From NCBI RefSeq assembly GCF_000011805.1, contig NC_006840.2: 32,000 nt of DNA. One strand, 5' to 3'. Both the position numbers and the translations under genes were made by a program. Source of the DNA: Aliivibrio fischeri ES114 (lineage in GTDB: Bacteria > Pseudomonadota > Gammaproteobacteria > Enterobacterales > Vibrionaceae). The notes under the pieces are model-generated. The model was not told where the DNA came from, searched no databases, and saw only the letters and a program-made list of their open reading frames with translations. Shown piece after piece: positions 1 to 9,205 of this stretch; the stretch's first letter is position 1, and each line of letters opens with the position of its first letter.

Positions 1-1643
1 CAACAATCGATAACGGTTTCTACTACGATATCGATATGGAGCACTCTTTAACGCAAGAAGATCTTGATAAGATTGAAAAGCGTATGAAGGATCTTGCTAA
101 GACCAAGTACCAAGTAATTAAGAAGAACGTAAGCTGGCAAGAAGCGCGTGATACTTTTGAAGCACGCGGTGAAACTTACAAGATTGAAATCCTTGACGAA
201 AACGTATCTAAAGACGATCGTCCAGGTTTATATCACCACGAAGAATACATTGATATGTGTCGTGGTCCTCACGTTCCTAACATGAGCTTCTGTCAGAACT
301 TTAAGATTCTGAACGTTGCTGGTGCATACTGGCGTGGTAACAGTGACAACAAAATGCTGCAACGTGTCTACGGCACTGCATTCCAAGATAAGAAATTGCT
401 TAAAGCACACCTTATCCGCCTAGAAGAAGCAGCAAAGCGTGATCACCGTAAAATTGGTAAGCAACTTGATCTGTTCCATATGCAGCAAGAAGCTCCAGGT
501 ATGGTGTTCTGGCACCACAACGGTTGGACTATCTTCCGTGAACTAGAAGTATTTGTTCGTGAAAAACTAACTCAGTACGATTACCAAGAAGTAAAAGGCC
601 CATTAATGATGGACCGCGTACTTTGGGAACGTTCTGGTCACTGGGACAAATACGCTGAAGCGATGTTCACAACAAGTTCTGAGAACCGTGAATACGCAAT
701 TAAACCAATGAACTGTCCAGGTCACGTTCAAATCTTTAACCAAGGTCTGAAATCATACCGTGATTTACCATTACGTATGGCTGAGTTTGGCTCATGTCAC
801 CGTAATGAACCATCTGGTGCTCTACACGGCATTATGCGTGTTCGTGGCTTCACTCAAGATGATGCACACGTATTCTGTACAGAAGCACAAGTTCAACAAG
901 AAGTTAAATCTTGTATTGAAATGGTTTACGATACATATCAAACATTTGGTTTTGATAATATCGTAGTTAAGCTGTCTACACGTCCAGAACAACGCGTTGG
1001 TTCTGATGAAATGTGGGACCGTGCTGAGTCAGATTTAAAACTTGCTCTAGAGTCAATGGAGATTCCATACGAGATTCAAGAGGGTGAGGGTGCGTTCTAC
1101 GGACCGAAAATTGAATTTACTTTGCATGATTGTCTGGACCGTGCGTGGCAATGTGGTACAGTACAGCTTGATTTTGCATTACCAGAGCGTTTAGGTGCAA
1201 CTTACGTTGGTGAAGATAACGAACGTCACACACCAGTGATGATTCACCGCGCGATTTTAGGTTCACTAGAGCGTTTCATTGGTATCTTAATCGAAGACTA
1301 TGCAGGCTTTTTCCCAACGTGGTTAGCTCCTGAACAAGCGATTGTTATGGGAATTACGGACAAACAAGCTGATTACGTACAAGAAATTGCAAAAAAACTG
1401 CAAAAAAATGGATTTAGAGTGAAAGCGGACTTGAGAAATGAGAAGATTGGCTTTAAAATCCGTGAACATACTTTGAAGCGTGTACCGTATATGCTTGTTT
1501 GTGGCGACCAGGAGATGGAAGCTGGAGAAATTGCAGTACGTACTCGTAAAGGTAAAGATTTGGGTAAATTCAAAATTGATGATTTTGTTGCATTCCTGCA
1601 GCAAGAAGTTAGTGCCCGAACGCTCAATACTGTGGAGGAATAA
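1..1643 (+). CDS. thrS: Threonyl-tRNA synthetase, 5' end cut by window edge (frame open upstream of the track ATG at 36: ...[17 protein letters not shown])
   Basis: Long ORF with class II aaRS motifs ([52 protein letters not shown]); continues in frame upstream of the first ATG; followed by infC-rpmI-rplT in the conserved order. Confidence 0.97.
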   Translation, partial: TIDNGFYYDIDMEHSLTQEDLDKIEKRMKDLAKTKYQVIKKNVSWQEARDTFEARGETYKIEILDENVSKDDRPGLYHHEEYIDMCRGPHVPNMSFCQNFKILNVAGAYWRGNSDNKMLQRVYGTAFQDKKLLKAHLIRLEEAAKRDHRKIGKQLDLFHMQQEAPGMVFWHHNGWTIFRELEVFVREKLTQYDYQEVKGPLMMDRVLWERSGHWDKYAEAMFTTSSENREYAIKPMNCPGHVQIFNQGLKSYRDLPLRMAEFGSCHRNEPSGALHGIMRVRGFTQDDAHVFCTEAQVQQEVKSCIEMVYDTYQTFGFDNIVVKLSTRPEQRVGSDEMWDRAESDLKLALESMEIPYEIQEGEGAFYGPKIEFTLHDCLDRAWQCGTVQLDFALPERLGATYVGEDNERHTPVMIHRAILGSLERFIGILIEDYAGFFPTWLAPEQAIVMGITDKQADYVQEIAKKLQKNGFRVKADLRNEKIGFKIREHTLKRVPYMLVCGDQEMEAGEIAVRTRKGKDLGKFKIDDFVAFLQQEVSARTLNTVEE

Positions 1644-1646
1644 GGT

Positions 1647-2198
1647 ATTAAAGGCGGAAAAAGAGCCCAACAGCCGGCTAAACAAAATGCTCATCGTCTA
1701 AACGGTGAAATTCGTGGCGTTAAAGAAGTGCGCCTAACAGGCCTAGATGGTGAATCAGTAGGCATCGTTTCTTTAAACGAAGCTCTGGATGCAGCACTTG
1801 AAGCTGGTGTTGACTTAGTTGAAATCAGCCCAAATGCCGAGCCACCAGTTGGTCGTGTGATGGACTATGGCAAATTCCTCTTCGAAAAGGCGAAGGCTGC
1901 TAAAGAACAGAAGAAAAAGCAAAAACAGGTTCAGATCAAGGAAATTAAATTCCGACCTGGAACTGATGTAGGAGACTATCAGGTAAAACTACGCAACCTG
2001 ACTGGTTTCCTAGAAGACGGCAACAAAGTGAAGGTAACAATTCGCTTCCGTGGCCGCGAAATGGCTCACCAAAACATCGGTGTTGACGTTCTTAATCGTT
2101 TGAAAGCGGATACTGAAGAATTTGCAGTAGTCGAATCTTTCCCAACGAGAATTGAAGGTCGCCAGATGATTATGGTGTTGGCCCCTAAGAAGAAGTAA
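1647..2198 (+). CDS. infC: Translation initiation factor IF-3, starting at an ATT codon ([36 protein letters not shown]...)
   Basis: The track ORF at 1728 begins internally. The in-frame N-terminal region extends back to ATT at 1647-1649, preceded by GGAGG-like RBS (gtggaggaa, 1632-1640). The N-terminus resembles known IF3 (xKGGKR...). 184 codons including stop. Confidence 0.93.
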   Translation: MKGGKRAQQPAKQNAHRLNGEIRGVKEVRLTGLDGESVGIVSLNEALDAALEAGVDLVEISPNAEPPVGRVMDYGKFLFEKAKAAKEQKKKQKQVQIKEIKFRPGTDVGDYQVKLRNLTGFLEDGNKVKVTIRFRGREMAHQNIGVDVLNRLKADTEEFAVVESFPTRIEGRQMIMVLAPKKK

Positions 2199-2221
2199 TT
2201 TAGTGCATTCAAGTAATACAG

Positions 2222-2252
2222 CAGGGTAGCTGTTCGCAGTTACCCTGTTTTA
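2222..2252 (+). terminator. Terminator/attenuator-like hairpin between infC and rpmI: CAGGGTAGCTG-TTCG-CAGTTACCCTG then TTTTATT
   Basis: 11-bp stem with one G:T pair and a TTCG loop, followed by a short T run. Confidence 0.6.
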
Positions 2253-2305
2253 TTCGCCTAATTACTGTATGTTTAATCACGCAACAATGCGGAGTTATAT
2301 TCATC

Positions 2306-2500
2306 ATGCCTAAGATGAAATCAAACAAAGGTGCTTCTAAGCGTTTCAAGAAAACTGCTGGTGGTATCAAATTTAAGCACGCTACAAAACGTCACATCCT
2401 GACTAAACGTACTACTAAGAACAAGCGTCAGCTTCGTCCTAACTCTCTACTTCCAAAATGTGAAGTAGCAGCAGTTGCTCGTATGCTTCCATACGCATAA
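2306..2500 (+). CDS. rpmI: 50S ribosomal protein L35
   Basis: [44 protein letters not shown], typical L35; gene order. Confidence 0.97.
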   Translation: MPKMKSNKGASKRFKKTAGGIKFKHATKRHILTKRTTKNKRQLRPNSLLPKCEVAAVARMLPYA

Positions 2501-2541
2501 TTTTTAGTATTTATTTATAATTTTAGTTTAGGAGAGACATA

Positions 2542-2895
2542 ATGCCTCGCGTAAAACGTGGTGTACAAGCTCGTGCACGTCATAAGAAAGTTCTGAAACA
2601 AGCTAAAGGTTACTACGGTGCACGTTCACGTGTTTATCGTGTAGCTTTCCAGGCGGTAACTAAAGCAGGTCAATATGCTTACCGTGACCGTCGTAACAAA
2701 AAGCGTGTTTTCCGTCAACTTTGGATCGCTCGTATCAATGCTGCAGCTCGTCAAAACGAGATGTCTTACAGCCGTTTCATCAACGGTCTTAAGAAAGCAT
2801 CTATTGAAATCGATCGTAAGATCCTAGCTGACATCGCTGTATTCGACAAAGTAGCATTCGCTGCTCTAGTTGAAAAAGCGAAAGCTGCTCTTTAA
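2542..2895 (+). CDS. rplT: 50S ribosomal protein L20
   Basis: [51 protein letters not shown], typical L20. Confidence 0.98.
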   Translation: MPRVKRGVQARARHKKVLKQAKGYYGARSRVYRVAFQAVTKAGQYAYRDRRNKKRVFRQLWIARINAAARQNEMSYSRFINGLKKASIEIDRKILADIAVFDKVAFAALVEKAKAAL

Positions 2896-2925
2896 TTAGA
2901 ACAGTTTCAAGGCTTTAAGACTAAG

Positions 2926-2953
2926 AAAGGAGAGCACTAGCTCTCCTTTTTTT
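2926..2953 (+). terminator. Rho-independent terminator after rplT
   Basis: AAAGGAGAGC-ACTA-GCTCTCCTTT followed by a T run. Confidence 0.9.
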
Positions 2954-3105
2954 ATGCCTGCAATTCATATATTAAGCATTAACCTCCTAATTCCCTTTCT
3001 ATCTGTCAGTTTCTGTAAAGCTTATACAACTAACGTAAAGTTACTTTTGATTTAAAAACAAAAGCCTATTATTTACTCAATTGATTCATTTAATGAGTAT
3101 TGAAA

Positions 3106-4425
3106 ATGCGTAAATTTACTATTCTGTTGCTTTTGCTATGGCTGCCATCTTTTGTTTCATCACTCACTGAATTTGATAGTGTGATGGATTTACGTAAACA
3201 ATTAATCGTCTTAACTGGTTGGCTTGGTTTTGCTTATATGGGCGCAGCTATTGTTCTTTCAGCTCGTTTTAAATGGACGGAACGATTAGTAAAAGGGCTA
3301 GATAAGGCTTATGGTTTACATAAAAAATTAGGGATTTCAGCTTTTATTGCTCTGCTCTTGCACTGGTTAGTGATTAAAGCTGCGCATTGGGCTGTGCAAC
3401 TAGGTTGGCTTGTACGTCCAACGCATGCAGGAAAAGAGAGAGTTATCACAGGTGTTGATTGGATTTCTCTTGCGGAGAAAGTGGGTGATATATCGTTTAA
3501 GGTTTTTATACTTTTTACCATCATTAGCTTGGTTGAAAGAATCAGTTATAAAAAATTTAAAGGGATCCACAAAATTGGTGGAGCATTAATGTTAGCTGGT
3601 GTGTTTCATACGCTGTTTTTGATCAAATGGGATCTTTCATTAATCCCAATGAATATAGCTATTATACTTATCTCTGCTATCTCAGTTTGGTGTGCAATAC
3701 TTTCACTAACGGGCTCTATTGGTAAGAAAAATAAAATAGGTGGTCAAGTAGTTCTGGTTGATAAATTTAAAGATGATTCTGAATTTACTGTGGTGGCTCG
3801 TCTTCAAATTAAACTTGAGAGTAAATTGCGATATAAAGAGGGACAGTTTGCTTATATCAATTTTCATGACGGTGAAGCGCCACATCCATTTTCTATTCTA
3901 AATTATAACGAAAAGACAAGGTTGGTTGAGTTTGGGATTAAAGATCTTGGGGATTATACGCATCAATTAGTTAATCAAATTGCAGTAGGAAAAAAAGCAA
4001 CAGTGGAAGGCGGTTATGGTTACTTCCAAGTCCCATCTGATATGAACCAAGTATGGGTAGGGGCCGGAATTGGTATCGTACCATTATTATCTCGATTGTA
4101 TTGGTTACAAAAGAGCACCGACAAAACCACAAAAAGGATTGAAAAAATTCACCTTTTTTATTGTGTAAATAATGAGAAGGAAGCCTTTTTTAGTACTGAA
4201 ATAAAAGCTATTTTACGTAAGATGGATTTTATTGAATTACACCTTATTGAATCAGATAAGGGTTATAGATTAACCTCTGAGTATATTCTAAATAAAATTG
4301 ATAATGAGTCATTTTCTGTTAGCTTTTGCGGACCTGAAGGATTTGGAATGAGTCTAAAGCAAGGTTTGATGGCAAACGGTCTTCCTGAGGCATCATTTCA
4401 TAAAGAAATATTTAAAATGCGCTGA
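3106..4425 (+). CDS. Ferric-reductase-like transmembrane protein with FAD/NAD(P)-binding oxidoreductase domain
   Basis: N-terminal multi-helix membrane region with HxxxL-type histidines (LLHWLVI, IHKIGG, GVFHTLFLI), then a FNR-like module (ARLQIKLES...EGQFAYINF...PHPFSILN...GGYGYFQVP...GAGIGIVPLLSRL...CGPEGFG). ORF track start is TTG at 3100; ATG at 3106 is more likely. Confidence 0.8.
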   Translation: MRKFTILLLLLWLPSFVSSLTEFDSVMDLRKQLIVLTGWLGFAYMGAAIVLSARFKWTERLVKGLDKAYGLHKKLGISAFIALLLHWLVIKAAHWAVQLGWLVRPTHAGKERVITGVDWISLAEKVGDISFKVFILFTIISLVERISYKKFKGIHKIGGALMLAGVFHTLFLIKWDLSLIPMNIAIILISAISVWCAILSLTGSIGKKNKIGGQVVLVDKFKDDSEFTVVARLQIKLESKLRYKEGQFAYINFHDGEAPHPFSILNYNEKTRLVEFGIKDLGDYTHQLVNQIAVGKKATVEGGYGYFQVPSDMNQVWVGAGIGIVPLLSRLYWLQKSTDKTTKRIEKIHLFYCVNNEKEAFFSTEIKAILRKMDFIELHLIESDKGYRLTSEYILNKIDNESFSVSFCGPEGFGMSLKQGLMANGLPEASFHKEIFKMR

Positions 4426-4452
4426 CCATTACCCTTATTGAACCTAGATACT

Positions 4453-4486
4453 AAAGAGCCAACCTAAATTTGTCGGCTCTTTTTTA
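4453..4486. terminator. Terminator hairpin between convergent genes (AAAGAGCC ... GGCTCTTTTTT)
   Basis: 8-bp inverted repeat with T run on + strand; sits between convergent CDSs. Confidence 0.7.
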
Positions 4487-4504
4487 TTGAAAAACTTGTG
4501 AATG

Positions 4505-5284
4505 CTACGCCGCAAACACTACAGGGAAATTCAACGTAGGGTGAGCTTGCACTAAGGTTTTGTGTCCATAAACATTCTCTATCATTTTTGATGTTATCGC
4601 CTCCCATGGTGCTCCGTCTGCTTGCAGCTTTCCATCTTGAAGAACAATGACTCGATCAGAGTATTGTGCCGCCAAATTTAAATCATGCAGTACCACAATA
4701 ACCGCAGCACCTTCGCTCGCTAACTCTCTTGCTAATTTTAATGTATTGTGTTGATGCGAAAGATCTAACGCAGATGTTGGTTCATCTAACATCACGATCT
4801 TCTGCTGATGTTGGCTTACTTGGGTCAGCACTCGCGCTAAATGAACACGTTGCTTTTCACCACCAGATAGAGAGGGGTAGGCTCTTTCTGCTAAATGCTT
4901 TATTACCGTTTTTTGCATCATGTTCGATGTAATTTCTCGTAATGCTTGATTGGATAACGATAATGGCAACCCTCCAAGTTCTACCACTTCATTTACATTA
5001 AAAGCAAAAGAGAGGGTACTGTGCTGAGGGAGAACCCCAAGTCGTTTTGCTAGTTCGTTACCATCCCATTGATCTTTTGCTTTTCCAAAATAACGAATGT
5101 CATTAAAAGAGGTGATTTCATCACATAACAATTTTAGTAATGTACTTTTTCCGGCACCATTTGGCCCAAGTAATGTGGTCACTTCACCACAACGAAGTTC
5201 TAAGTTAATGTCATCTAAAATTATTTTAGAACCAATGCGATAAGAAATGTTGTTGGCTGAGATAGCTAATGAAGAAAGGCTCAT
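4505..5284 (-). CDS. hutD: Haem ABC transporter ATP-binding protein
   Basis: Walker A GPNGAGKST, signature YPSLSGGEKQRVHLARVL, Walker B KIVMLDEPTSALD; last gene of the hutBCD operon. Confidence 0.92.
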   Translation of the reverse strand: MSLSSLAISANNISYRIGSKIILDDINLELRCGEVTTLLGPNGAGKSTLLKLLCDEITSFNDIRYFGKAKDQWDGNELAKRLGVLPQHSTLSFAFNVNEVVELGGLPLSLSNQALREITSNMMQKTVIKHLAERAYPSLSGGEKQRVHLARVLTQVSQHQQKIVMLDEPTSALDLSHQHNTLKLARELASEGAAVIVVLHDLNLAAQYSDRVIVLQDGKLQADGAPWEAITSKMIENVYGHKTLVQAHPTLNFPVVFAA

Positions 5285-6330
5285 TAAATTTTACCTCGCT
5301 GGGTAAAGAGTAAATACAAAAAGAAAGGCGCGCCAATAATAGCCGTCACGATACCAACAGGCAGTTCAGCAGGGCTAACGGCAACACGGGCAAACATATC
5401 TGCTGCAGTTAATAAAAGACCACCAAGTAATGCTGAAAGTGGTAATAAGGTTTTATGGTTTGGTCCAGATAGCATACGACCAAGGTGAGGGATGATTAAT
5501 CCAATAAACCCAATCATTCCAGATAAGCTAACGGTAATACCAACGCCTACAGCACTTAATATGATCATACGTTTCTTTAATGATTGAACATTAATGCCTA
5601 AATGTTTTGCTTCTGCTTCACCAAGAAGTAGGGCGTTAAGTCCTGACGCATTTTTCATAAATAAAACAAGCAAGGTGATAAGACCAATACCTGCAAGTAG
5701 CAAGTCATTCCATTTTGCACCCGCTAGCGATCCCATAGACCATAACGAGAGATCTCGAAGCATTTGATCATCGGCAATGAAATTCAAATAGCCAATTCCA
5801 GCACCAGATAAAGCGCTAATAGCAACACCAGCGAGTAGCATAACAGTAATTGAGGTACCAAATTTACTGGTACCTAATCGATAGACAATGAGTGTGGTTA
5901 TTGCGCCACCAAGAAAAGCAAAAATAGGAACAGCAGCAAAATTCATAAAAATAGGAAATTGCTGAGCAACGGATGAAAATACTACGATTGCCATTGCAGC
6001 ACCAAGTGCGGCCCCAGCAGATACACCAATGATCCCAGGTTCAGCAAGAGGATTTCGAAATAACCCCTGCATGACAACACCAGAAATAGCCAATATGGCA
6101 CCAACAAGCATACAAAGGATGGTTCTTGGCAGGCGAACTTGATGAATGATCAAATTAATGTGTGCCGGAATTTCAGCGGTTGACCAAGGAATAAGGCTAT
6201 TAAAACTATCACTTAGCGTAATGTTCATTGGTCCTGTCGCAATGGAGCTTACTGCGATAATTAGCAGAGAAAAGCCACTTAACCACAGTAATTTTGAATA
6301 AGAGATGTATTTTAACAACATAATAATCAC
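5284..6330 (-). CDS. hutC: Haem ABC transporter permease (FecCD/BtuC family)
   Basis: Hydrophobic polytopic protein with VRLPRTILCMLVGAILAISGVVMQGLFRNPLAEPGIIGVSAGAALGA and GLIIPHLGRMLSGPNHKTLLPLSALLGG, typical of FecCD. Confidence 0.93.
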   Translation of the reverse strand: MIIMLLKYISYSKLLWLSGFSLLIIAVSSIATGPMNITLSDSFNSLIPWSTAEIPAHINLIIHQVRLPRTILCMLVGAILAISGVVMQGLFRNPLAEPGIIGVSAGAALGAAMAIVVFSSVAQQFPIFMNFAAVPIFAFLGGAITTLIVYRLGTSKFGTSITVMLLAGVAISALSGAGIGYLNFIADDQMLRDLSLWSMGSLAGAKWNDLLLAGIGLITLLVLFMKNASGLNALLLGEAEAKHLGINVQSLKKRMIILSAVGVGITVSLSGMIGFIGLIIPHLGRMLSGPNHKTLLPLSALLGGLLLTAADMFARVAVSPAELPVGIVTAIIGAPFFLYLLFTQRGKI

Positions 6331-7179
6331 TTAAGGGTAAAGAAGGGTATTCAAACGAGCAGCCTCATCAAGTGTTGCTAAGCCAAGGCCACCGACGAGT
6401 GCTGAGCCATCAATACCAATAATTTGTTTATTAATACCAGCAGGTGTGGAGGCTAAGGTTGGAATCGATTCGATAATTTTATCAATGCCTTTTAACTTCT
6501 TGATACTACGGTTGCTGACTAAAACAACGTCAGGTTGCATTGAGATCATGGCTTCCATTGAAATAGGTTTAAACGATGATATAGATGAGCTTGCAGGGTT
6601 ATTTGCTCCTGCTAAATGGATCAATTCATCCATTGTTGTATCACTGCCAGCCACATAAGGGGCTCTGCCTTCATGTAATAAAAGGTAAATGACTTTTTTT
6701 TGCTTCGCTTTACTTGGAATACTACTGTTTAGTAATGCGACCTTTTTATTTACTTGATCCTTGATCGCTTCTGCTTGCGATTGATGCTGAGTAATAGAGG
6801 CAATTTCGTCAATACGATTTAATAAACCTTGAACTGTTGGTGTGGTGTTTACGATATTCACTTTTACATTCGATTGAGAAAGCAAATCTAGTGTACTTTG
6901 AGGTCCCATTTCGTTGGAACCAATAATTTGTGTTGGTTGTAAGGCTAATAACCCTTCTGTCGATAATTGACGGTGATAACCAATTTTAGGTAAAGACTGT
7001 GTCTGCGGCATTTTGCTCGTTACATCAACGGCAACAAGAGAGTCTTCTGCACCTAGTGCATAAATTAACTCCGTAACGGCACTTCCAGCACTAATAATAC
7101 GCTCTTGTGCTGTACTAATGGATGAGAATGAAAGCAATGCTATAGCAAAGAAAGAGGAGGTAAGTTTAGAATTAATCAT
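6331..7179 (-). CDS. hutB: Haem ABC transporter periplasmic binding protein
   Basis: Signal peptide; ERIISAGSAVTELIYALGAEDSLVAVDVTS...LPKIGYHRQLSTEGLLALQPTQIIGSNEMGP, typical of haem-binding BtuF/FepB-like proteins. Confidence 0.92.
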   Translation of the reverse strand: MINSKLTSSFFAIALLSFSSISTAQERIISAGSAVTELIYALGAEDSLVAVDVTSKMPQTQSLPKIGYHRQLSTEGLLALQPTQIIGSNEMGPQSTLDLLSQSNVKVNIVNTTPTVQGLLNRIDEIASITQHQSQAEAIKDQVNKKVALLNSSIPSKAKQKKVIYLLLHEGRAPYVAGSDTTMDELIHLAGANNPASSSISSFKPISMEAMISMQPDVVLVSNRSIKKLKGIDKIIESIPTLASTPAGINKQIIGIDGSALVGGLGLATLDEAARLNTLLYP

Positions 7180-7595
7180 GATTTATTTTCGTCCATTAAA
7201 ATTTGAGTTGCTTTAATATTGTTATCTTGTAAAAAGGCCAATAATTTCACCATATGCTGAATTTCAGCGGTTTTATCTGAGGCAATAACCACTTGAAAAT
7301 CAGGTTTACTTTTTACTTTTTGTAGTAATGCGTTAGTAAAAGAAGGCCAAGTAGAATAAGAATGACCATCCAAACCCCAATATGGCGGTTGTTCTAATAT
7401 ATTGATGGTAAAAGACTTACTGTCTACGTCACTTACCGATTCGGTATCCGCTGTCGGTAAGCTCACTTCTAAAGATTGAAGTTTCACGGTAGCGGTGAGT
7501 AATAAAAAAACCATTACGATGAAAATAATATCGAGTAAAGGGGTCAGATCAGGCTGAATGGACTCTTCAGAAGTGAAAGAAGGTGACTTAATCAT
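7176..7595 (-). CDS. exbD: TonB-system energy transducer ExbD
   Basis: 139-aa protein with a single N-terminal TM (LTPLLDIIFIVMVFLLLTATVKLQSLEV), adjacent to exbB and tonB. Confidence 0.92.
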   Translation of the reverse strand: MIKSPSFTSEESIQPDLTPLLDIIFIVMVFLLLTATVKLQSLEVSLPTADTESVSDVDSKSFTINILEQPPYWGLDGHSYSTWPSFTNALLQKVKSKPDFQVVIASDKTAEIQHMVKLLAFLQDNNIKATQILMDENKS

Positions 7596-8275
7596 GCATT
7601 CACCTTGATGATTTTATGTTGGATGTTCTCACTCATTGAATCATTTGAGCTAAATACACCTTCAATCCACAAATTAGTGTAATTTAATGAATGCTCTAAA
7701 CGTGACAAGATACGATCAGCCCATAAGCCTAGAAGTTGTGAGCTTGCGATAGCAGGTAAGGCAATGATCAAACCAATTGCCGTTGTACGCATTGCTAACC
7801 CTAAACCATCAGCCAGAATATTTGGTGTGATAGAACCCGTTGTTGCTGCTACATCTTTAAACATATCTATTAAGCCAAGAACCGTACCTAATAAGCCGAG
7901 TAATGGGCTGATCATGCCAATAAGAGCTAAAAGACGTAATCCAGAACGCAATTGATGGCGCTTTTCTTGAAGCCATAACCCTGCAACATCTTCTCGTAAT
8001 CCTTTTTCAAAATCACGATGAGCAAGTAGCATGGCATTGCCTTTTGCAGAGAGAGCACGGCGTTTTTTCAATTCTTGAATAAAGGAGTGAATACCTTGTG
8101 TATCGTCTTTTTCTAATTGATTTAGCGTCGACTGTATTTTTTTATGAGAACAGCCAGAAAAAAGTAAAAGCTGAATGGTTCGTTCTAATAACAAGGCAAG
8201 AGTGAGTAATGAGCAGCCTAATAGCGGTAGAGCCATAATGCCAAGTTGCGAATATAAGTGTGAAAAGTTAAGCAT
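7592..8275 (-). CDS. exbB: TonB-system energy transducer ExbB (MotA/TolQ/ExbB)
   Basis: SLLTLALLLERTIQ...LRLLALIGMISPLLGLLGTVLGLIDMFKDVAATTG...GLGLAMRTTAIGLIIALPA. Confidence 0.94.
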   Translation of the reverse strand: MLNFSHLYSQLGIMALPLLGCSLLTLALLLERTIQLLLFSGCSHKKIQSTLNQLEKDDTQGIHSFIQELKKRRALSAKGNAMLLAHRDFEKGLREDVAGLWLQEKRHQLRSGLRLLALIGMISPLLGLLGTVLGLIDMFKDVAATTGSITPNILADGLGLAMRTTAIGLIIALPAIASSQLLGLWADRILSRLEHSLNYTNLWIEGVFSSNDSMSENIQHKIIKVNA

Positions 8276-8296
8276 AGTTAAATCCGGTATAACTGA

Positions 8297-9061
8297 TTAA
8301 TTTAGTGAAAATCTGACAGGGATCTGCACTCGGTGTGCAATCGCTTGGCCATTGATAACTTGAGGTGAAAATTGCCAATCACGAATCGCATTAAGAGCGG
8401 CTTCATCGAGAACTTGTGCGCCAGATGAGGTGATTAACTCTTGTTTAATTTGTTTTCCGTTTTCATTTAGCCAAATTTCATATAGCGCAGTACCTTCAAT
8501 GCCTTTACGTTGCGCGATGCGAGGGTAACGTGGTGCATTAGGACGCTTTAAGAAATTCGGTTTTTGGACTAATTGTGGTTTTTCTGTTGCCCCTGATTTA
8601 GAAGCAACAGGTTTTGCTGTTGACTCTTTTTCTACAGGTTTGTCTGTTTTCTTAGCCGTTTTAGTTGTTGGCTTAGTTTCTGCCTTTTCTTTAAGAATCT
8701 TTTTTTCTGGTTCAATTGGCTTTGAAATCGTTGGTTTTTTTACCATTTTCTTTTTTGGTTTAGGCTTTTGCTTAGATTGTACGGGTTTCTTTTTCACCAC
8801 TTGTTTTTGAACTGTTTTTTCAACTGTGGTTTGTTGCTTTGGTTGTTCTTTCGGTTTTGTTACCTCATTTTTTTTCGTTTGTACTGACTGAGGAGTAGGA
8901 ACACTTGGTGCGACAAACTGGATGTTTACTTGTGATGAAGTACTACCGGTAGGCATAGCAAAGGCTTTTTTTTCAGGAACAGACCAAATAAGCGCGGTAT
9001 GAATAGCTAATGAAATACCAGCTGCAGCTAGATAACGAAAGTTCAGCACGAATGTCTCCAT
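8297..9061 (-). CDS. tonB: TonB (TonB1-type) energy transduction protein
   Basis: N-terminal anchor, Pro/Lys-rich spacer, C-terminal PNAPRYPRIAQRKGIEGTALYEIWLNENGK...SGAQVLDEAALNAIRDWQFSPQ. Confidence 0.93.
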   Translation of the reverse strand: METFVLNFRYLAAAGISLAIHTALIWSVPEKKAFAMPTGSTSSQVNIQFVAPSVPTPQSVQTKKNEVTKPKEQPKQQTTVEKTVQKQVVKKKPVQSKQKPKPKKKMVKKPTISKPIEPEKKILKEKAETKPTTKTAKKTDKPVEKESTAKPVASKSGATEKPQLVQKPNFLKRPNAPRYPRIAQRKGIEGTALYEIWLNENGKQIKQELITSSGAQVLDEAALNAIRDWQFSPQVINGQAIAHRVQIPVRFSLN

Positions 9062-9103
9062 TTAATTCAGTACTTTTTAAGATGACAACATTATAAACAA
9101 AAC

Positions 9104-9142
9104 GATAATGAGATCAATTATCAATTGCATTCTCATTAAAAA
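9104..9142. promoter_or_regulatory. Candidate Fur box(es) in the divergent tonB1/hutW promoter region
   Basis: GATAATGAGATCAATTATC (9104-9122) matches the 19-bp Fur consensus GATAATGATAATCATTATC at 15/19. The adjacent AATTATCAATTGCATTCTCATT suggests a second overlapping half. Confidence 0.75.
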
Positions 9143-9205
9143 ATACTTTATGATGTAAAAAGAAGCAAAACTCTTTGAAGTAACGAGTTAAAAAGAATTG
9201 AAATC

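Noticed and set aside
8600-8850. Repetitive Lys/Pro-rich stretch on the minus strand
   Set aside because: Explained by the periplasm-spanning Pro/Lys spacer of TonB, not a separate repeat element.
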